Positions 46,923-61,499 of a stretch of 64,000 nt of DNA are shown piece after piece. Source of the DNA: Malacoraja senta. Its lineage: Eukaryota. Position numbers and translations under genes: made by a program. The notes beneath the pieces are model-generated. The model made no database searches. It saw only the letters and a program-made list of their open reading frames with translations, and was not told where the DNA came from. How positions within the stretch are numbered: position 1 is the first letter of the stretch; every line of letters begins with the position of its first letter. The stretch spans positions 124,001 through 188,000 of the forward strand of contig JAXLNO010000033.1 in the NCBI GenBank assembly GCA_038087875.1, written 5' to 3'.

Positions 46923-47582
46923 CATCAAATGGTACATCTGACTCTGGGCTATGACAGCACTTCAGGTTATTGTTTTATATTTTGCGACAGTGAAGACAAC
47001 TCTGATTCTATAACTGCAGTTCATCTTCACATCTCCTCCTCTCCATCTCTACGATGCAATTCAGTTCAGCCTTCAGAAGGACTCGACCCAAAATGTCACC
47101 CATTCCTTCTCTCCAGAGATGCTGCCTGTCCCGCTGAGTTACTCCAGCATTTTGTGTCTATCTTTGACCAAATTTCTACCGGGTTCTGCTCACATTTTAA
47201 ACAACATGCCCCTCACTGGCAGTCTCCCATTGGGGATAGAGTTCTTCTTGAGTAGAAAGTGTTCTCATTCTGCATTCCCACTTCCAACGAGGCATTTCCA
47301 AATGCCCAGGAAAGCTTTCTCTGCTCTGTCACATCACATTGCCTTGTGGGCACAAATTTGGCAGCAATGGTCTGACACACACCACACCGGCAATGGAGTA
47401 CTCCTAATGCTGTTGCCAAATTGGGGAGGAGCAGCTCATCTCAAGCAGTCCTTGAAAGGGAATTAAGAACCAGTGGACTTAGGTTTAAGGTGAGAGGGGC
47501 AAGATTTAATAGAAACCTGTGGGGACCTTCCTCCATCAGAGGGTGGTGGGTATATGGACCAAGCTGGTGGAGTATGGGCACT

Positions 47583-47880
47583 GGGCAGCACAGTGGCACA
47601 ATGATAGAGTTGCTGCCTTGCAGTGCCAGATAAATACCCAAGTTCGATCCTGACTATGGGTGCTCTCTAATGGGAGTTTGTACATTCTCCCTGTGACCAT
47701 GTGGATTTTCTCCAGGTGCTCCGGTTTCCACCCACACACCAAAGACGTACAGGTTTGTAGATGAATTGGCTTTTGTAAATTGACCCCAGTGTGTATGTAG
47801 TGCTAGTGTATGGGGTGATCACTGGTCGGCGTGGACTCGATGGGACGAAGATCCTGTTTTCACGATCTGACTAAAATTAA
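47583..47880 (+). mobile_element. V-SINE (HE1-like) inserted in a plus-strand CR1 3' fragment (47460-48065)
   Basis: A box TGGCACAATGA, B box GTTCGATCC, V-domain GGTGCTCCGGTTTCC.CCCACA..CCAAAGACGT. Confidence 0.85.
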
Positions 47881-48669
47881 GTAAAAGAGCTGGTTGACGC
47901 AAGTACCATTTCAGCATTTAAATGACACTTGGACAGGTAGATCAGTGGGAAAGGTTCTGAGGGATAAGGGCCAAACGGCAGCAAATGGGACTAGTTCAGA
48001 TGGAACATCTTGGCCAGAATGGACCAGATGGGCCGCAGGGCCTGTTACTGTGCTGCATGACTCTACAAGATGAAAACCTCAAACATCAAAATTAAATTCT
48101 GAGTGAAATGTAACACAAAGTTGAAACATTGCTAAAAGAGTTTGTTGCAAAGTAGCAGAAGACTCAGTAACCAGTCACTACAATGGAGGCAACACTAAGC
48201 TTGATGAATAGGAAGGAACTGCAAATGCTGGTTTAAACTGAAGATAGACAAAAACTGCTGGAGTAACTCAGCGGGTCAGGCAACATCTCTGGAGAAAATG
48301 AATAGGCGACATTTTGGGTGGAGACCCTTCTTGATGAGGTATACAGCCACTCATCATTGTAACAGGTAGAAGCTTCATCCAGTATTCAGATTAGGACCGG
48401 ATGTTCAACTGGAAAGGAGAAATGAGAAGAGATTGGATCAGAAATGAGAAGAGTGTTTGTCACATCATCGAGTCTTACTGAAGGAGACTATGCGCTCACT
48501 CACCTGTAATCACACCTGGCCTCCCCCCACATTGCTCCTAATCTCTACAATGCTCCAATGATCATCACAAGCGTAGCCATGAGCACCAGCATGGAACTAG
48601 CTCCAAATGCCTCATGTGACCCACCAACACCTGCCCAGCAAGCAAATACAGTAGACATTAGGTGAAGTA

Positions 48670-49750
48670 CATAGATCATAAGATCATAAGCGATAGGAGC
48701 AGAATTAGGCCATTCGGCCCATCAAGTCTACTCTGCCATGGTTGCTCTATCTCTCCCTCCTAACCCAATTCTCCTGCCTTCTCCCCATAACCTCTGAAAC
48801 CTGTACTGATCAAGAATCTATTTATCTGCCTTAAATATATCCACTGACGGCCTCCACAGCCTTCTGTGGCAAAACATTCCTCAGATTTGCCACCCTCTTT
48901 ATATGTCTTAGAGTCATACGGCATGGAAAACAGCTACCTTTCCCAACTCTTTGGTATAGTTAGTGTGGTTCATTGTCACGTGTACTGAGGTAAAGTGAAA
49001 ACTCATCCTTGCCAACCATGATGCCCCATCTCAGCTAATCCTATTTGTCCATGTATCAGTCCAAGTATCTTAAATGCTGTTATAGTACCTGCCTCAACTA
49101 CCTCCTCTGGCATTTCGTTTTATATACCCACCACCCTCAAAGTCCCTCAGCTTCCTATTACATCTTGTCCCTCTCACCTTAAACATATACCCTCTGGTTC
49201 TTGATTCCCCTATCCTGGATAAAAGACTGGGCATTCACCCTATCTATTCCCCTCATGATTTATTCACCTCTATAAGATCACCCCTCAGCCTCCTGTGCTC
49301 TAAGAAGTTCTAGCCTGCCTAACTTATCCCGATGCTCAAAATATACAGGTAAAAAGCTGGACTAACATCGCGGGTCAGGCAGCATCTCAGGAGAAAAGGA
49401 ATAAGTGATGCTTCGGGTCAAGACCCTAATTCAGATATCCCTATGCTGAGTCTCTTGAGTCCTAGCAACATCCTTGTTTATCTTCCCTGCACTCTTTCCA
49501 TCTTAAAGACATCTTTGTTATGGCAGGGTGACTAAACCTGAACACAATACTCCAACTGTGGCCTCACCAACGTCTTGTACAAATGTAACGTAACGTCTCA
49601 ACTTCTATCCTCAATACCATGTCTGATGAAGCCCAATATACCAAAAGCCTTCTTTACTGCCCTAAATACCTTTGATGCCAGTGTCATGGAACTCTGTACC
49701 TGTACTCCCAGATTCCTCTGCTCTATAACACACTCCAGGACCCTACCAAT
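48670..49750 (-). mobile_element. Cluster of CR1 3' fragments with an embedded PLE terminus (~49345-49435)
   Basis: VKKAFGILGFI..GIE.RS, KTLVRPQLEYCVQ and CR1 3'UTR motifs. Confidence 0.8.
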
Positions 49751-49907
49751 GATGGCACTGGAGAGGATGCAGGTGAGATTTACAGAGACTGAGTAAATTA
49801 GCCATAGAGTCATCCAGAACAGAAAAAGGCCCTTCGGCCCAATTCGTTCTTGCTGACCAATATGACACAGTTGCTCATGTCAGGAATATGTGAATAGGCT
49901 GTGGTTC

Positions 49908-50170
49908 TTTAGTTTATTTTTAGTTTAGAGATACAGCCATCTCTGCACATTAACGCTATCCTACACATACACTAGAGATAATTTACAATTTGACACTTAC
50001 ACCAGCCAATTAACGTACAAACTTTTACGTCTGTGGAGTGTGGGAGGAAACCGAAGATCTCGGAGAAAACCCATTCGGTCACGGGGAGAACGTGCAAACT
50101 CCATACAGACAGTTCCCATAGACGGAATCGAACCTGGGTCTCGGGCGCTGTAAGGCAGCAACTCTTCCTC
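49908..50170 (-). mobile_element. V-SINE (HE1-like), partly deleted
   Basis: B box GGTTCGATTCC; V-domain GGAGTTTGCACGTTCTCCCCGTGAC. Confidence 0.8.
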
Positions 50171-50807
50171 TGTCTTAGGAAAGCAGGAAGGTGAGGGTTG
50201 GATTAATATGGGACCAGAACAGAATAAATAGGAAAGACCTGCTGTCCTTAACAGAGCAGTCAAAACAAAATGAAAGATTGGATGTGATCGGTAGGATTCG
50301 GAGGAGACTTTGAAACATTTTCCACACAGTGATGGGAGGGGTCAGGAAATAATTGCCGGTAGCGTGTGATGGAGACAGAAATACTGACCACATTTAAACT
50401 GGCTAAATATGTACTTGAATTGCCGAGCTATGAACCCAGTGTTCGAAGATGGGGTGAACGATAAGATACGATAGAACTTTATTCATCCCAGGAAGGAAAT
50501 TGATCTGCCCACGGTCATAAAAACACAAAATATATGAAACATGAAATTGAAGTGACAAGTGGAAAGGATTGGGATGTGCAAAGATTGGGGAGGGGGAGGG
50601 TGACGGGGAGTGGAGACTCAGTCTCAGTCTCAGTCTACCCCACAACAGAAGAGGTCATAGCCTCAGAATTAAAGGACGTTCTTTCAGGAAGGAAATGAGA
50701 AGGAATTTCTTTAGTCAGAGGGTGGTGAATGTGTGGAAATATTTGCCACATAATAATGTGGAGGCCAAGTGAGTGGATATTTGTAAGACAGAGATAGATA
50801 GATTCTT

Positions 50808-53800
50808 TTTTTCTTCTTTTTTTTAAATTTTTATTTATTAGATGTACATTACATTACAACCACATACATTAGTACTCGTCATTTATATCTTCTTACAATT
50901 AATGTACTCCATTTATTTTTAACACTAGAAAAGGAAAAGATTGAAAGAAAGAAGAAAGTGAAGGAAAAAGTGAAAGTGTAGAAAATGTGACAACAAAGAA
51001 GGAAGAAGACCCTATAAGAGCAAAATTAAAAACAAAAGAAAAAGAGTTAAGGAATAGACCCTAGGAAGGAAAGAGAAAGAGAAAGAGGAAAAAGAGAGAA
51101 ACAAATATTTTTATGAGCATTACGTAAATGGGACATACCAACTCTTCAACTATCATCCCCCCTTACCTGACCTCAATTTTTTTAATTTTTTTAAAAGTAC
51201 TTTTGCACCCTATATTTGTAATAATTCTATAAATGCAGACCACGTCAGGTGGAAGTGATCTGGTTTACCTGCTAGGAGGAGTCTTATCTCTTCTAGGTGT
51301 AATGTTTCAAACATATTTGAAATCCACATATTTATAGTTGGTATTGGAGCCTTCTTCCAAAATTTTAGAATTAGCTTTTTTCCAGTTATTAACCCATAGT
51401 CCATTAGTTTCTTTTGAAACTCATTTAGTTCTGGACCATCTTCCGTTATTCCGAAGATAATCCATTCTGCTTTGGGTATCAGTCTTGTTTTAAATAACTT
51501 TGTAAAGATTTCAAAAATTTCATTCCAAAATTTTTGAATTTTTGTACAGAAACGAATGAGTGCGCTATAGTAGCTTCTTGGGATTGACATTTATCACAAA
51601 TAGATGATACATTTGGGAAAATTTTATGAATTTTAGTTTTCGAATAATATAATCTATGTAAAATTTTAAATTGTCTTAAAGTGTGTCTTACATTAATCGA
51701 GCATTTATGCACGTTTAATAAGTGTTCATTCCAACTTTCCTTTGAAATTTTAATAGCTACCTCTTGTTCCCAGTCTCTTCTGATACCCTCCGTAGATGGT
51801 ATTTGTACATTTAAGATAATATTATACAAATATGATATTAAGTTTGCTGATTCAGCTTTTATCTGCATTGCCTCGTCCAATACATCTACTGGGTTATTAT
51901 AATGATCTTTTGTATATTTTTTCAAATAGTCGCATATTTGAAAATATTTAAAATATTGATTATTTCCGAGTTTATATTTTATTTGTAATTGTTGAAATGA
52001 AAGTAATTTTCCAGTTTCATACAAGTCACCAAGCGTTTTAATTCCTAGTCTATCCCAATGTGTAAAAGCTTTATCTATAATAGAGGGATTAAACGAAGGG
52101 TTATTAACTATAGGTAATAAAAGTGATACATTTCTTAATTTTAAATTTTGTTTTATTTGTTTCCAAATTCGGATTGTACTATGAATAATTGGGTTCTTAT
52201 TATAATTTATGTTATTCAATTTCATTGGAGAAAGGAGGATCGCTCCAATGTTTCTAGAGGAGCAATCCTCTTTCTCCATTACAATCCAGTCCACTTGCTG
52301 GGCGGAGTTATCCATCAGTTGAATCATATTTTTAATATTTACTGACCAATAATAATACATAAAATTAGGTAGTGCTAAACCCCCTAATACTTTAGGTTTA
52401 TTCAGATGAGTTTGTTGTATTCTATGTGATTTATAGTCCCATATAAAATTAGTGATATCTGAGTCGAGTTTTTTAAAAAACTTCTTTGGTAAGTATATAG
52501 GAATCGATTGAAATAGGTATAACATTTGTGGCAGAAAGATCATTTTTATTGCGTTTATTCGGCCTATTAAAGACATCGGGAGCGTTTTCCAGAATTTAAT
52601 TAGTGTGTTTAATTTATTAAGTAAGGGGTCAAAATTTGCCCTAAACATACCCTGATATGTTCTGGTAATTTCAATTCCCAAGTATTTAAATTTTTCTGTA
52701 GCTATTTTAAAAGGGAATTTTAAAAGATGTGTTGAATCTTTCGGTTTTATTGACATCATTTCACTTTTATTCCAATTTATTCTATATCCAGAAAAAGATC
52801 CAAAGTCTTCAATTAAATTTAAGATATTTGGTATAGTGATTTGAGGTTTTGTAATGTACAGTAATATATCATCCGCGTATAAAGATATTTTATTATATGA
52901 GTCTTTAGTATTATATCCATGGATATCAGGGTGTATTCTAATTTTTTCTGCTAGCGGTTCAATAATGAGAGCAAACAGCTGTGGTGATAATGAGCATCCT
53001 TGTCTATTTCCCCTTCATAGTTGGAATTTCGAGGATAATATGTTATTAGTAAGTATTCTAGCTGTAGGTTTGTTATATAGTAACTTGATCCATAGAATAA
53101 AATTCTCCCCCAGTTGAAATGTTTGTAATACTTTGTCCATATAATACCATTCTACTTGATCAAATGCTTTTTCAGCATCCAGCGAAATAATTGATAATTC
53201 TTGATCTTCAGATTTGTGTGAGTGCATTATGTTGAGTAGACGTCTCATATTGTTAGATGAGTATCTCTTAGGGATAAACCCCGTCTGATCTGGGTTTATT
53301 AATTTACTAATGTATTTACTTAATCTTCTAGCTAATGTTTTCGGTAATATTTTTTGATCTGTGTTTAACAATGCTATAGCTCTATATGAACCAGGTTCTT
53401 CTAAAGCTTTGTTTTTCTTAGGTATTAGAGTAATCGTTGATTCCGCTAATGTATCAGGTAGTATTCGTTTTTTAAAAGCATATTGGTACATTTTTTGTAA
53501 TCTTGGTATTATTTTATCATAAAAGCTTTTATAAAATTCATTAGTGAATCCGTCAGGGCCTGGTGTTTTTCCATTCTTTAGTGAGTTTATTGTATCTTCT
53601 AATTCCTTAATTGAGATTTGTGCACCAGTTCCTCTTGTTCCTTCAGCTCTAACTTTGGAAGATTACAGGTATCCAAAAACTTTGTGATATTATTGGAATC
53701 AATTGTCGTTTTAGATGTATACAAATTCTCATAAAATTGCGCAAATCTTTTATTAATATCCTTCGGTGTTGTTAATAATTCCCCTTTATCTGATTTGATC

Positions 53801-56401
53801 TTTGGTATAGTATGTTCCTTTTCTCGTTTTTTTAGCTGGCGAGCCAAAAGTTTATGCCGTTTATCCCCAAATTCAAAGTGCTCTTGTTTTGTAATTTGAA
53901 AAAGTCTTATAAGTTTGGCAGATAATAATTTATTTAATTTAAATTTCAAAATTATTATTTTATTATGTTTATCTATTGATGGATCTTTAGCATTATCTAT
54001 ATCCATTTGTCTAATAAGTTCTTCTAACTGTCTTTGTTCATTCTTATTCTTTTTATTTTGAAAAGCTTGATATGAAATTATAATACCCCTAATGTATGCT
54101 TTAAAAGATTCCCATAATACAGTAGGCGATATATCTGGAGTATCATTTATTTGAAAAAAGACCTCCATTTGTTCTTTTAAATATATACTCGCTTGTGGAT
54201 CTTTTAGAATTTGAGAATTAAATCTCCAAAACGATTTATTCTTAGACAATCCTTCCAGTTTTAAATAGAAAGTTAGTGGAGAATGGTCTGAAATCGAATT
54301 TGTGTGGTATATTGCGTTAGATGTTTGGGGGATTAATTTTGTATCCAGCAGAAAGTAGTCTATACGTGAGTATGTCTTATGTACCATTCAATAAAACGAA
54401 TATCCCCTGCCAGTTGGATTAACAATTCTCCAAACATCTGCTATATTAGTGTTGTTTATATAGGTATTGAGGAGTTCCCCGGTTTTCGATTTCATATTCC
54501 CTCTCTGTTTTTGACTTGATTTATCTAAGTACGGATCTAAAACACAGTTAAAGTCACCTCCTATTATAACATTTTGATAGTTAGACTCTGCAATTATGTT
54601 GAAAATTTTATTGAAAAAGTGGGGTTATCAAAGTTAGGGGCATATATATTTACCAAGGTAAGTGGAGTATCATGGATTTCTCCATTAACTATTAGGTATC
54701 TCCCTTCTATATCTGTTATGATATTCTTTGCTTTAAATGGTATACCTTTTCTTATGATGATTGACGTGCCTCTAGATTTTGAAGTAAATGAAGAATGATA
54801 TGTTTGACCTATCCATTTCGCCCTCAACCTAACTTGATCCTGAGATTTTAGGTGTGTTTCTTGTAGGAAGGTAATGTCGGAGTTGTACAGTTTCAGCTGA
54901 GCTAGTATCTTACCCCTTTTAATAGGTTCGTTAATACCTCTTATATTCCAACTACAAAATGAGATTCCTCCTAGGTTCTTTTGTTTGGTGTCATGCATTT
55001 TGAATAATTATAGTACCTTTAAATCTTGTGGTGCATCCATATCCCAGGTCTTTGGGTATTGGGGGTGCTTTTGAGTTTTTAAGTTTTGTTGGTATGTCCA
55101 TTTTACGCTTATCACTAAACACAAAACACAAACATGTGATTTTATGTGATTAAAAAAAACCTAAAAAAGTGAAAATACAGTGTCTGATATAGTCGGCACT
55201 GTAGCGAGTGTCCCACCTGTAGGTGGGAAAAAACCTTGTTTTGACTTCCATTGCGTTGTTACACAAATAGCTCCGCTCTCTTGGTTAATCATAACATATT
55301 AAAATATTAAAACGGGGCCTCACATTCAGATATATAATACAATTTTACCCTGTATATTTCATTATAACATATATATATATCGGAATTTTAACTACTAATT
55401 ATTAAACCGATACTTTTGACTTCAATAAGAATCAACTGTTGGTTGAAGTGGTTAACGAGACGTGCCCCTGGGCCTAAGCCAGGTGCTCGTTTCTCATCCC
55501 CTCCTCCCACTTATAGATAAGGTTTCAATTTATTAAAAATTCATGTTAGTATGTTAGTTCGGTATTTTTTATTTTTGTTTTTGTTAGTATTCTAATCTAA
55601 CATACATAACTTATTGTTGTTAATAGGATAAGTTATTACAATTGGTTATAATATTATAATCTAATAAGCAAGTATATGCTTCTGTTATATACCATTCCCA
55701 TCTGTTCAGCTGTTTACTCGTTTTGAACAGAAAGTGTCCTTGATTCAACATTCCAAAGATAGCAGTCTAACTATCCCCAGACAAAGCATTGCTTAGATTG
55801 GTTCAGATCTGCCAAACCTCCCTTTCATTTCTATTTTTCAACGATAGTTTGGGCATATTTAAACGCGTCTTCAGGCTTAACAAATGACTTTTCAAGACCC
55901 TTAAAGGAAATACGCATTTTCGCGGGATAAAAAATCCCATATCTGATCCCTTCTCTCCCTCTTAAAAGATCCTTAACCTTCTCGAATTTGTTTCTTTTTT
56001 GCACAATTTCATACGGTAATCCCTGAATATCTTAATAGTGTCATTGTCCAGCCGCAGTTGCACACCGTATTTGATTTTGCTCATAACATCTTCCAGTTCT
56101 AAAATATCCCGAAATTTCACAATAATATGTCGTGGATAAGTTTTTCCCGCACCAGATCTTTGTTTAAATCTTGGGACACGATGAGCCACTTCGATTTTCG
56201 GTTCATTGGAAAGATTCAGCAGTTGTTTAAACAAGCCCATGGCAAACTCACGTACATCCTCCCCTTCGGCTCCCTCTGAGACTCCAAGAATTCTCAAATT
56301 CTGGCGTCTAGAGCGAGCTTCCAGGTCCAGGCATTTGTCTGAGACTTTCTCCAGTTGAGTCACCATCTGTAGTGAAGTTTGTTCATTTTCTCGCCTCATT
56401 T
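50808..56401 (-). mobile_element. L1 copy C: partial ORF1 (55831-56401), ~830-bp spacer, disrupted ORF2 (51210-54998), 3'UTR and A-tail
   Basis: DLEARSRRQNLRILG; FCSWNIRGINEPIKRGK; SLDAEKAFDQVEW; LYADD; ICDKC; TSD GAGATAGATAGATTC(TT) at 50791-50807 and 56402-56418, inside a plus-strand CR1 3' end. Confidence 0.95.
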
Positions 56402-57759
56402 GAGATAGATAGATTCTTGATTAGTAAGGCTGTCAGGGTTTATGGGGTGAAGGCAGTAGAATGGGGTTAGGAGGGAGATATAGATCAGCCATGATTGAAA
56501 GGCGGAGTAGACTTGATGGGCTGAATGGCCTAATTCTGCTCCAATTACTTATGACATGAGTTCGGGAGGAACAGTGGGTCAGGCAGCATCTGTGGAGGGA
56601 AATGGACATGCAACGCTTCGAGTCGAAACTCATGCTCAGGATTACAGCATCTGAAGTTCTTTGTGTCCATTCCTTCCACAAGTGCTTACTGATCCGCTGA
56701 GTTATTCCAGCACATTGTGTCTTGTTTAGAATTCCGCTGCCCTTCCTTGTGTTCGACTCCAAACGCCACCTGTTCCATTTCCCTCCACAGCGACAACCTG
56801 ACCGTCTGAGTTTCTACAGCGCTTTTTGTTTTCCTCAACATCCCAGCATTTGGAGTATCTTGTGTTTGACTGCAAACAAAGGAGATTGTGATGGGGTTCA
56901 GGAAGTGAAGATGCACAGTCTTTTACCCAGAGTAGGGGAATCAGGAACCAGAGGAGATAGGTTTAAGGTGAGCGGGAAATATTTAATGCAATTTGAGGGG
57001 CAACTTTTTCGGACAGCAGGTGGTGGTTATGAAATGAGCTGCCAGAGGAGGTAGTTAGGCATAAATTATCACAGATTTCAAAAGACATTTGGATAGATAT
57101 GTGGACAGGAAATGTTTAGAGGGGTATGGACAAAACATGAGGGGTATGGACCAAACATGGGGATGGAGTTGCTGGCGCACCTTGGCTGGCATGGGCAAGC
57201 GTTCCTTCCTACGCAAGGTTGCTCAAGTGTTACCACAGACCATCCAAGACTAATGATGTTGTAACTATGCCCATATTGTATCTCTATGTCTTACTGCATG
57301 CCAACCAACGCATCTTCCATTCTTACTTCATGAACCCTTCCATCCTTTGAACAGAAATAGCTTCCAAGTTGCATCAGCCGGGGGATTCCAGTAAAATAAA
57401 GTCAAACTGGTTTTGCAACTGGCATCAGAACACTGATAAAGGATATTTGATCTAGTTACTCTGCTTCTCTTACCACAAACTAAACTTAACCTTCTGAATG
57501 TTTGCAGCATATTCTGCTTTTATTTTAAATTTCCAGCATCTGCAGTTGTATTTAATTGATTTTGAAATCTGTTGAACAGGTACCACCACATGTGTAAGGA
57601 AGAACATTGTTAATCTATATAGGTAACGACAGGAAAATACAATGGGATCTTTAAACACAATTTTGGAGCTCCAGAATGAACTAATATAATGGGCAAACTC
57701 ATTTAGCATACCAGTTTTGAGAAAGTTATCGATTTCTAATTTGGCTCTGTTGCAGCTGG

Positions 57760-58250
57760 TAGAGTCATAGTCCTAGAGCATGAAAACAGGCCCTTCAGCC
57801 CAACTTGCCCTTGCCAACCAAGATGCCCCATCTACACCCGTCCCACTTGCCCAGGTTTGGCGCATAACCCTTTCCTACCCATGTGGCTATCCAAAGATCT
57901 GTTATGGTACCTGCCCCCACTACCTCTTCTGGTAGTTCTTTCCATATTCCTACCATCCCCTTTGTGAAAAAGTTGCTCCTCAAATTTTATTAAATCTTCC
58001 TCACCTTGGAACCTTTGGTTCTTGATTCCCTTACTCTGGTTAAAAGACTATGCATTCGCCTTATCTATTCCCCTCGTGATCTTGTACACCGCTGTAAGAT
58101 CACCCCTCTGTGTCCTGCACTCGGAGGTATAAAGTCCTTACCTGCCCCACCTCTCCCTATAACTCAGGCCCCAAAGTCCTAGCAACATCCTCATAAATCT
58201 TCTCAGTACTCATTCCAGCTTAATGACACCCTTCCTATAGCAGGGTAACG
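57760..58250 (-). mobile_element. CR1 3' fragment, followed by a plus-strand V-SINE (~58250-58730) split by a Rex1-type tail
   Basis: FFTKGMVGIWKELPEEVV; V-domain at 58315-58395. Confidence 0.75.
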
Positions 58251-59369
58251 GGGTGGAGCTGCTGTCTCACTGCACCAAAGACCCGGTTTCTATCATGATA
58301 CCTGGTGCCATCTGTGTGGAGTTTGCACATTCTCCCTGTGACTGAGTGGGGTTCCTCCGGGTGCTCCGGTTTTGTCGAACATCCCAAAGACGTGCGGGAT
58401 TGCTCCCAGTGTGTAGGGAGTGGATGAGAATGTGGGATAACACAGAACCAACGTGAGTGAGTTTAATTTAGCCTAGCTTAGTGTAGTTTAGTTTATTGTC
58501 TGAGATACAGTGAGTGAAAAGCTTTTTGATGCATGCTAACCAGTCAGCGGAAATACCATACATGATTACAATCGAACCGCCCACAGTGTACAGATACAGG
58601 ATAAAGGGAATAACGTTTAGTGCAAGGTAAAGTCTGATTAAAGATAGTCCGATGATTGGAGGAATGAATGATCAGTGGTCAGCGTGGTCTCGGTAGGCAA
58701 AGGGCCTGTTGCATGCTGTATCTGTCAATTAATCAATCCATTTTTTTAGTGTAAGAAGGAACTGCAGATGCTGGTGTGCACTGAAGATAGACACAAAATG
58801 CTAGAGTAACTCAGCGGGTCAGGCAGCAGTTCTGGAGAAAAGGAATAGGTGACGTTTCGGGTCGAGACACTTCATCATATTGGTATCAAAAGTATTTATT
58901 TTTATTGGGCTGTACATTTGACCGACAGCTCAAAGGAAAGTTAATGCTGGAACTATAAGGAAAGTCAATGCCGGGAAACAGATCATCCCATTGTAAGGAC
59001 TCACTGAGCTACCATGTAAATTGCATTCTGCCCCTCCCCAGTAATTGTAGCCCCAGGCTGAGGAGCAGCAAGGAAAATTGATTTCACAATGCACTATCCT
59101 TTTTGAAGGTGGGATTTCCCCTTTATCATCTAGTTTCATGCTTTGGCCCAAGCATCAGTCTCTGCCTGAAGAATGGTCTCGACCCAACACGTAACCCGTT
59201 CTTTCTCTCTAGAGATGCTGCCTGAGTTAGTGCAGCTTTTTGTGTCAATCTTCGGCATCCTTCCGTCTGCTGAATACCAGCCCTTTCAACAAAGTCTAAG
59301 TTCAAAGGGCAAAATGGCCATCTCCTGCACCTATTTTCTATGTGTCTAATCAAAACACTCTATCCCTGC

Positions 59370-59720
59370 ATTAAAAAATTCCACTGACCGCCTCAACAGC
59401 CTTCTTTGACAAAGAATTCCACAGATTCACCACCCTCTGATTAAATACATTTCTCTTCATCTCCTTCCTAAAAGAACATCCTTTAATTCTGAGGCTATGC
59501 CCTCTAGTCATAGACTCTCCCACTAGTGGAAACATGCTCTCGACATACACTCTATCCAAATCTTTCACTATTCTGTATGTTTCAATGAGGCTCCTCCTCA
59601 TTCTTCTAAACTCCAGCGAGTACAGGCCCAGTGCTGGCAAATGGTCATCATAGATTAACCCACTCACTCCTGGGATCATTCTTGTAAACCACCTCTGGAC
59701 CCTCTCAAGAGCCAGCACAT
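59370..59720 (-). mobile_element. CR1 C-terminal fragment
   Basis: LALERVQRWFTRMIPG...LGLYSLEFRR...RGHSLRIKG. Confidence 0.85.
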
Positions 59721-59749
59721 GCCCAAAATTGCTCACAAATGATCGGCAA

Positions 59750-60312
59750 ATCACTTGCCGTCCCAGGGCAAAATTGCCCTCTTTGTCCCTGATCAGCAAA
59801 CAGAGCGAGAAATCCCTCACCGACCCAGATCAAGAAACCCATTACAATCCTGGACCAGGTTATCATTCACTGTCCAGAGAAGGAGATCTCTCACCGCCCA
59901 GATCAGAAGCTCCCTCACCGTCCTAGATCAGAGACCGCTCATCGTCCCAGATCAGAAGGCCTCTAATAATTCTGGATCAGGATATCATTTACCGTCCAGA
60001 CCGGGAGATTCCTCACTGTCCAGACCAGCAGATCCCTCACCACCAAGGCAGTGGATATATTTAAGGCAGAGATAGATTCTTAATTAGTGCAGGTGTCAGA
60101 GGTTATGGGGAGAAGGCAGCAGAATGGGGTTAGATATAATTCAGCCATGACTGAATGGCAGAGTAGACTTGATGGGCCGGATGGCCAAACTCTACTCCTA
60201 TCACTTATGATCTTGATCAAAAGCTCCCTCAGCATCCGTGATTGGGAAGCCGTCCAAGATCAGTGCTCCCTCACCATCATGGATGGGAACTGCCTTGTTG
60301 TCTGGGTCAAGA
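59750..60312. repeat. Degenerate ~22-bp minisatellite, interrupted by a CR1 tail (60045-60212)
   Basis: Recurring CCTCACCGTCCAGATCAG-like units. Confidence 0.7.
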
Positions 60313-60319
60313 TGTAACA

Positions 60320-60815
60320 CGTACAATAGATAAGGGAGAGCCAGTGGATGTTGTGTACCTGGACTTTCAGAAAGCCTTTGATAAGGTCCCATACAGCAGA
60401 ATAGTGGGCAAAATATGAGCACATGGTATTGGGGGTAGGGTATTTACATGGATAGAAAATTGTGAAAATTAGTAGGATGTGAGGGGATTTTATAGAAACA
60501 TATAAAATTATTAGGTGATTGGACATGCCGGATGCAGGAAGCATGTTCCCAATGTACTTGGAGGAGTTCAGAACCAGGGGCCACAGTTTAAGAATAAGTA
60601 TGTCCATTTAGTACTGAGATGAGGAAAAACGTTTTCAAACAGAGAGTTGTGAATTTGTGGAATCCTCTGCCTCAGAAGGCAGTGGAGGCCGATTCACTAA
60701 ATGCATTCAAAAGAGAGTTAGATAGAGCCCTTGCATTGATTGGCGGTGCTGACTCGAAGGGCCGAAAGGTCTACTCCTGCATATTGTCTATGTATCTATG
60801 TCTATGTATCTATAA
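60320..60815 (+). mobile_element. CR1 fragments with internal deletions
   Basis: VDVVYLDFQKAFDKVP; RTRGHSLRI; QRVVNLWNPLPQKAVEA; (TCTATG)n tail. Confidence 0.8.
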
Positions 60816-61499
60816 TAAATGGGTTCACATTGGGAGGCGACGATGGGCTGATGGAATCAGCTGGTAACAACTATCCTTTGCGCTTGTGTATGCATTGAGT
60901 GTACTCGTCTATGTATGATTTGACTGGATAGCACATCAATAAAACATTTTCAATCTAACTTCGTAACGTATAATATATAATAATAATAATAATAATAACG
61001 TATAATATAATAAATCAATATGAATACTACCCCAGTAATCTTCTCTGCACTCTCTTCACAGCAGTAGGGCAACGCTTTTACATGGGCCGCGGAACCGGGG
61101 GCTACTGTACGGGGTGATCGCTGGTAGGCGCAGACTCGGTGGGCCGAAGCATCTGCTACCGCGCTCCATCTCTAAAGTCTAAAAGGCTGTAGTCTAAAGA
61201 CCAAAGCGGGCCGGACTGATACGTGTAGGAAAGAACTGCAAATGCTGCGTTAACTCGAAGGTAGACACAACATGCTGGAATAACACCCTACAGGAAGGGC
61301 CTCGACCTGAAATGTCACCAGCTGGCTTCTCTCCAGAGATGCTGCCTGTCCCGCTGTGTTACTCCAGCATTTTGTGTCTACCGGAGTGATGTGCTCTGGG
61401 TGATATTATAGGGAGGGTTTGATCAGACAAAACTTCCACTGGTTGCTGACCTCTGCAGCCGTCTAATCTGTGCACGAACAGCAGAATTTGCCGAAGTAT

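Noticed and set aside
47583..47660. tRNA gene suggested by A and B boxes
   Set aside because: It is the tRNA-derived head of a V-SINE, continuing into the V-domain and a CR1-like tail.
57327..57432. Minus-strand exon-like segment with AG and GTAAG boundaries
   Set aside because: All three frames contain a stop and no partner exons were found; insufficient for a host gene call.
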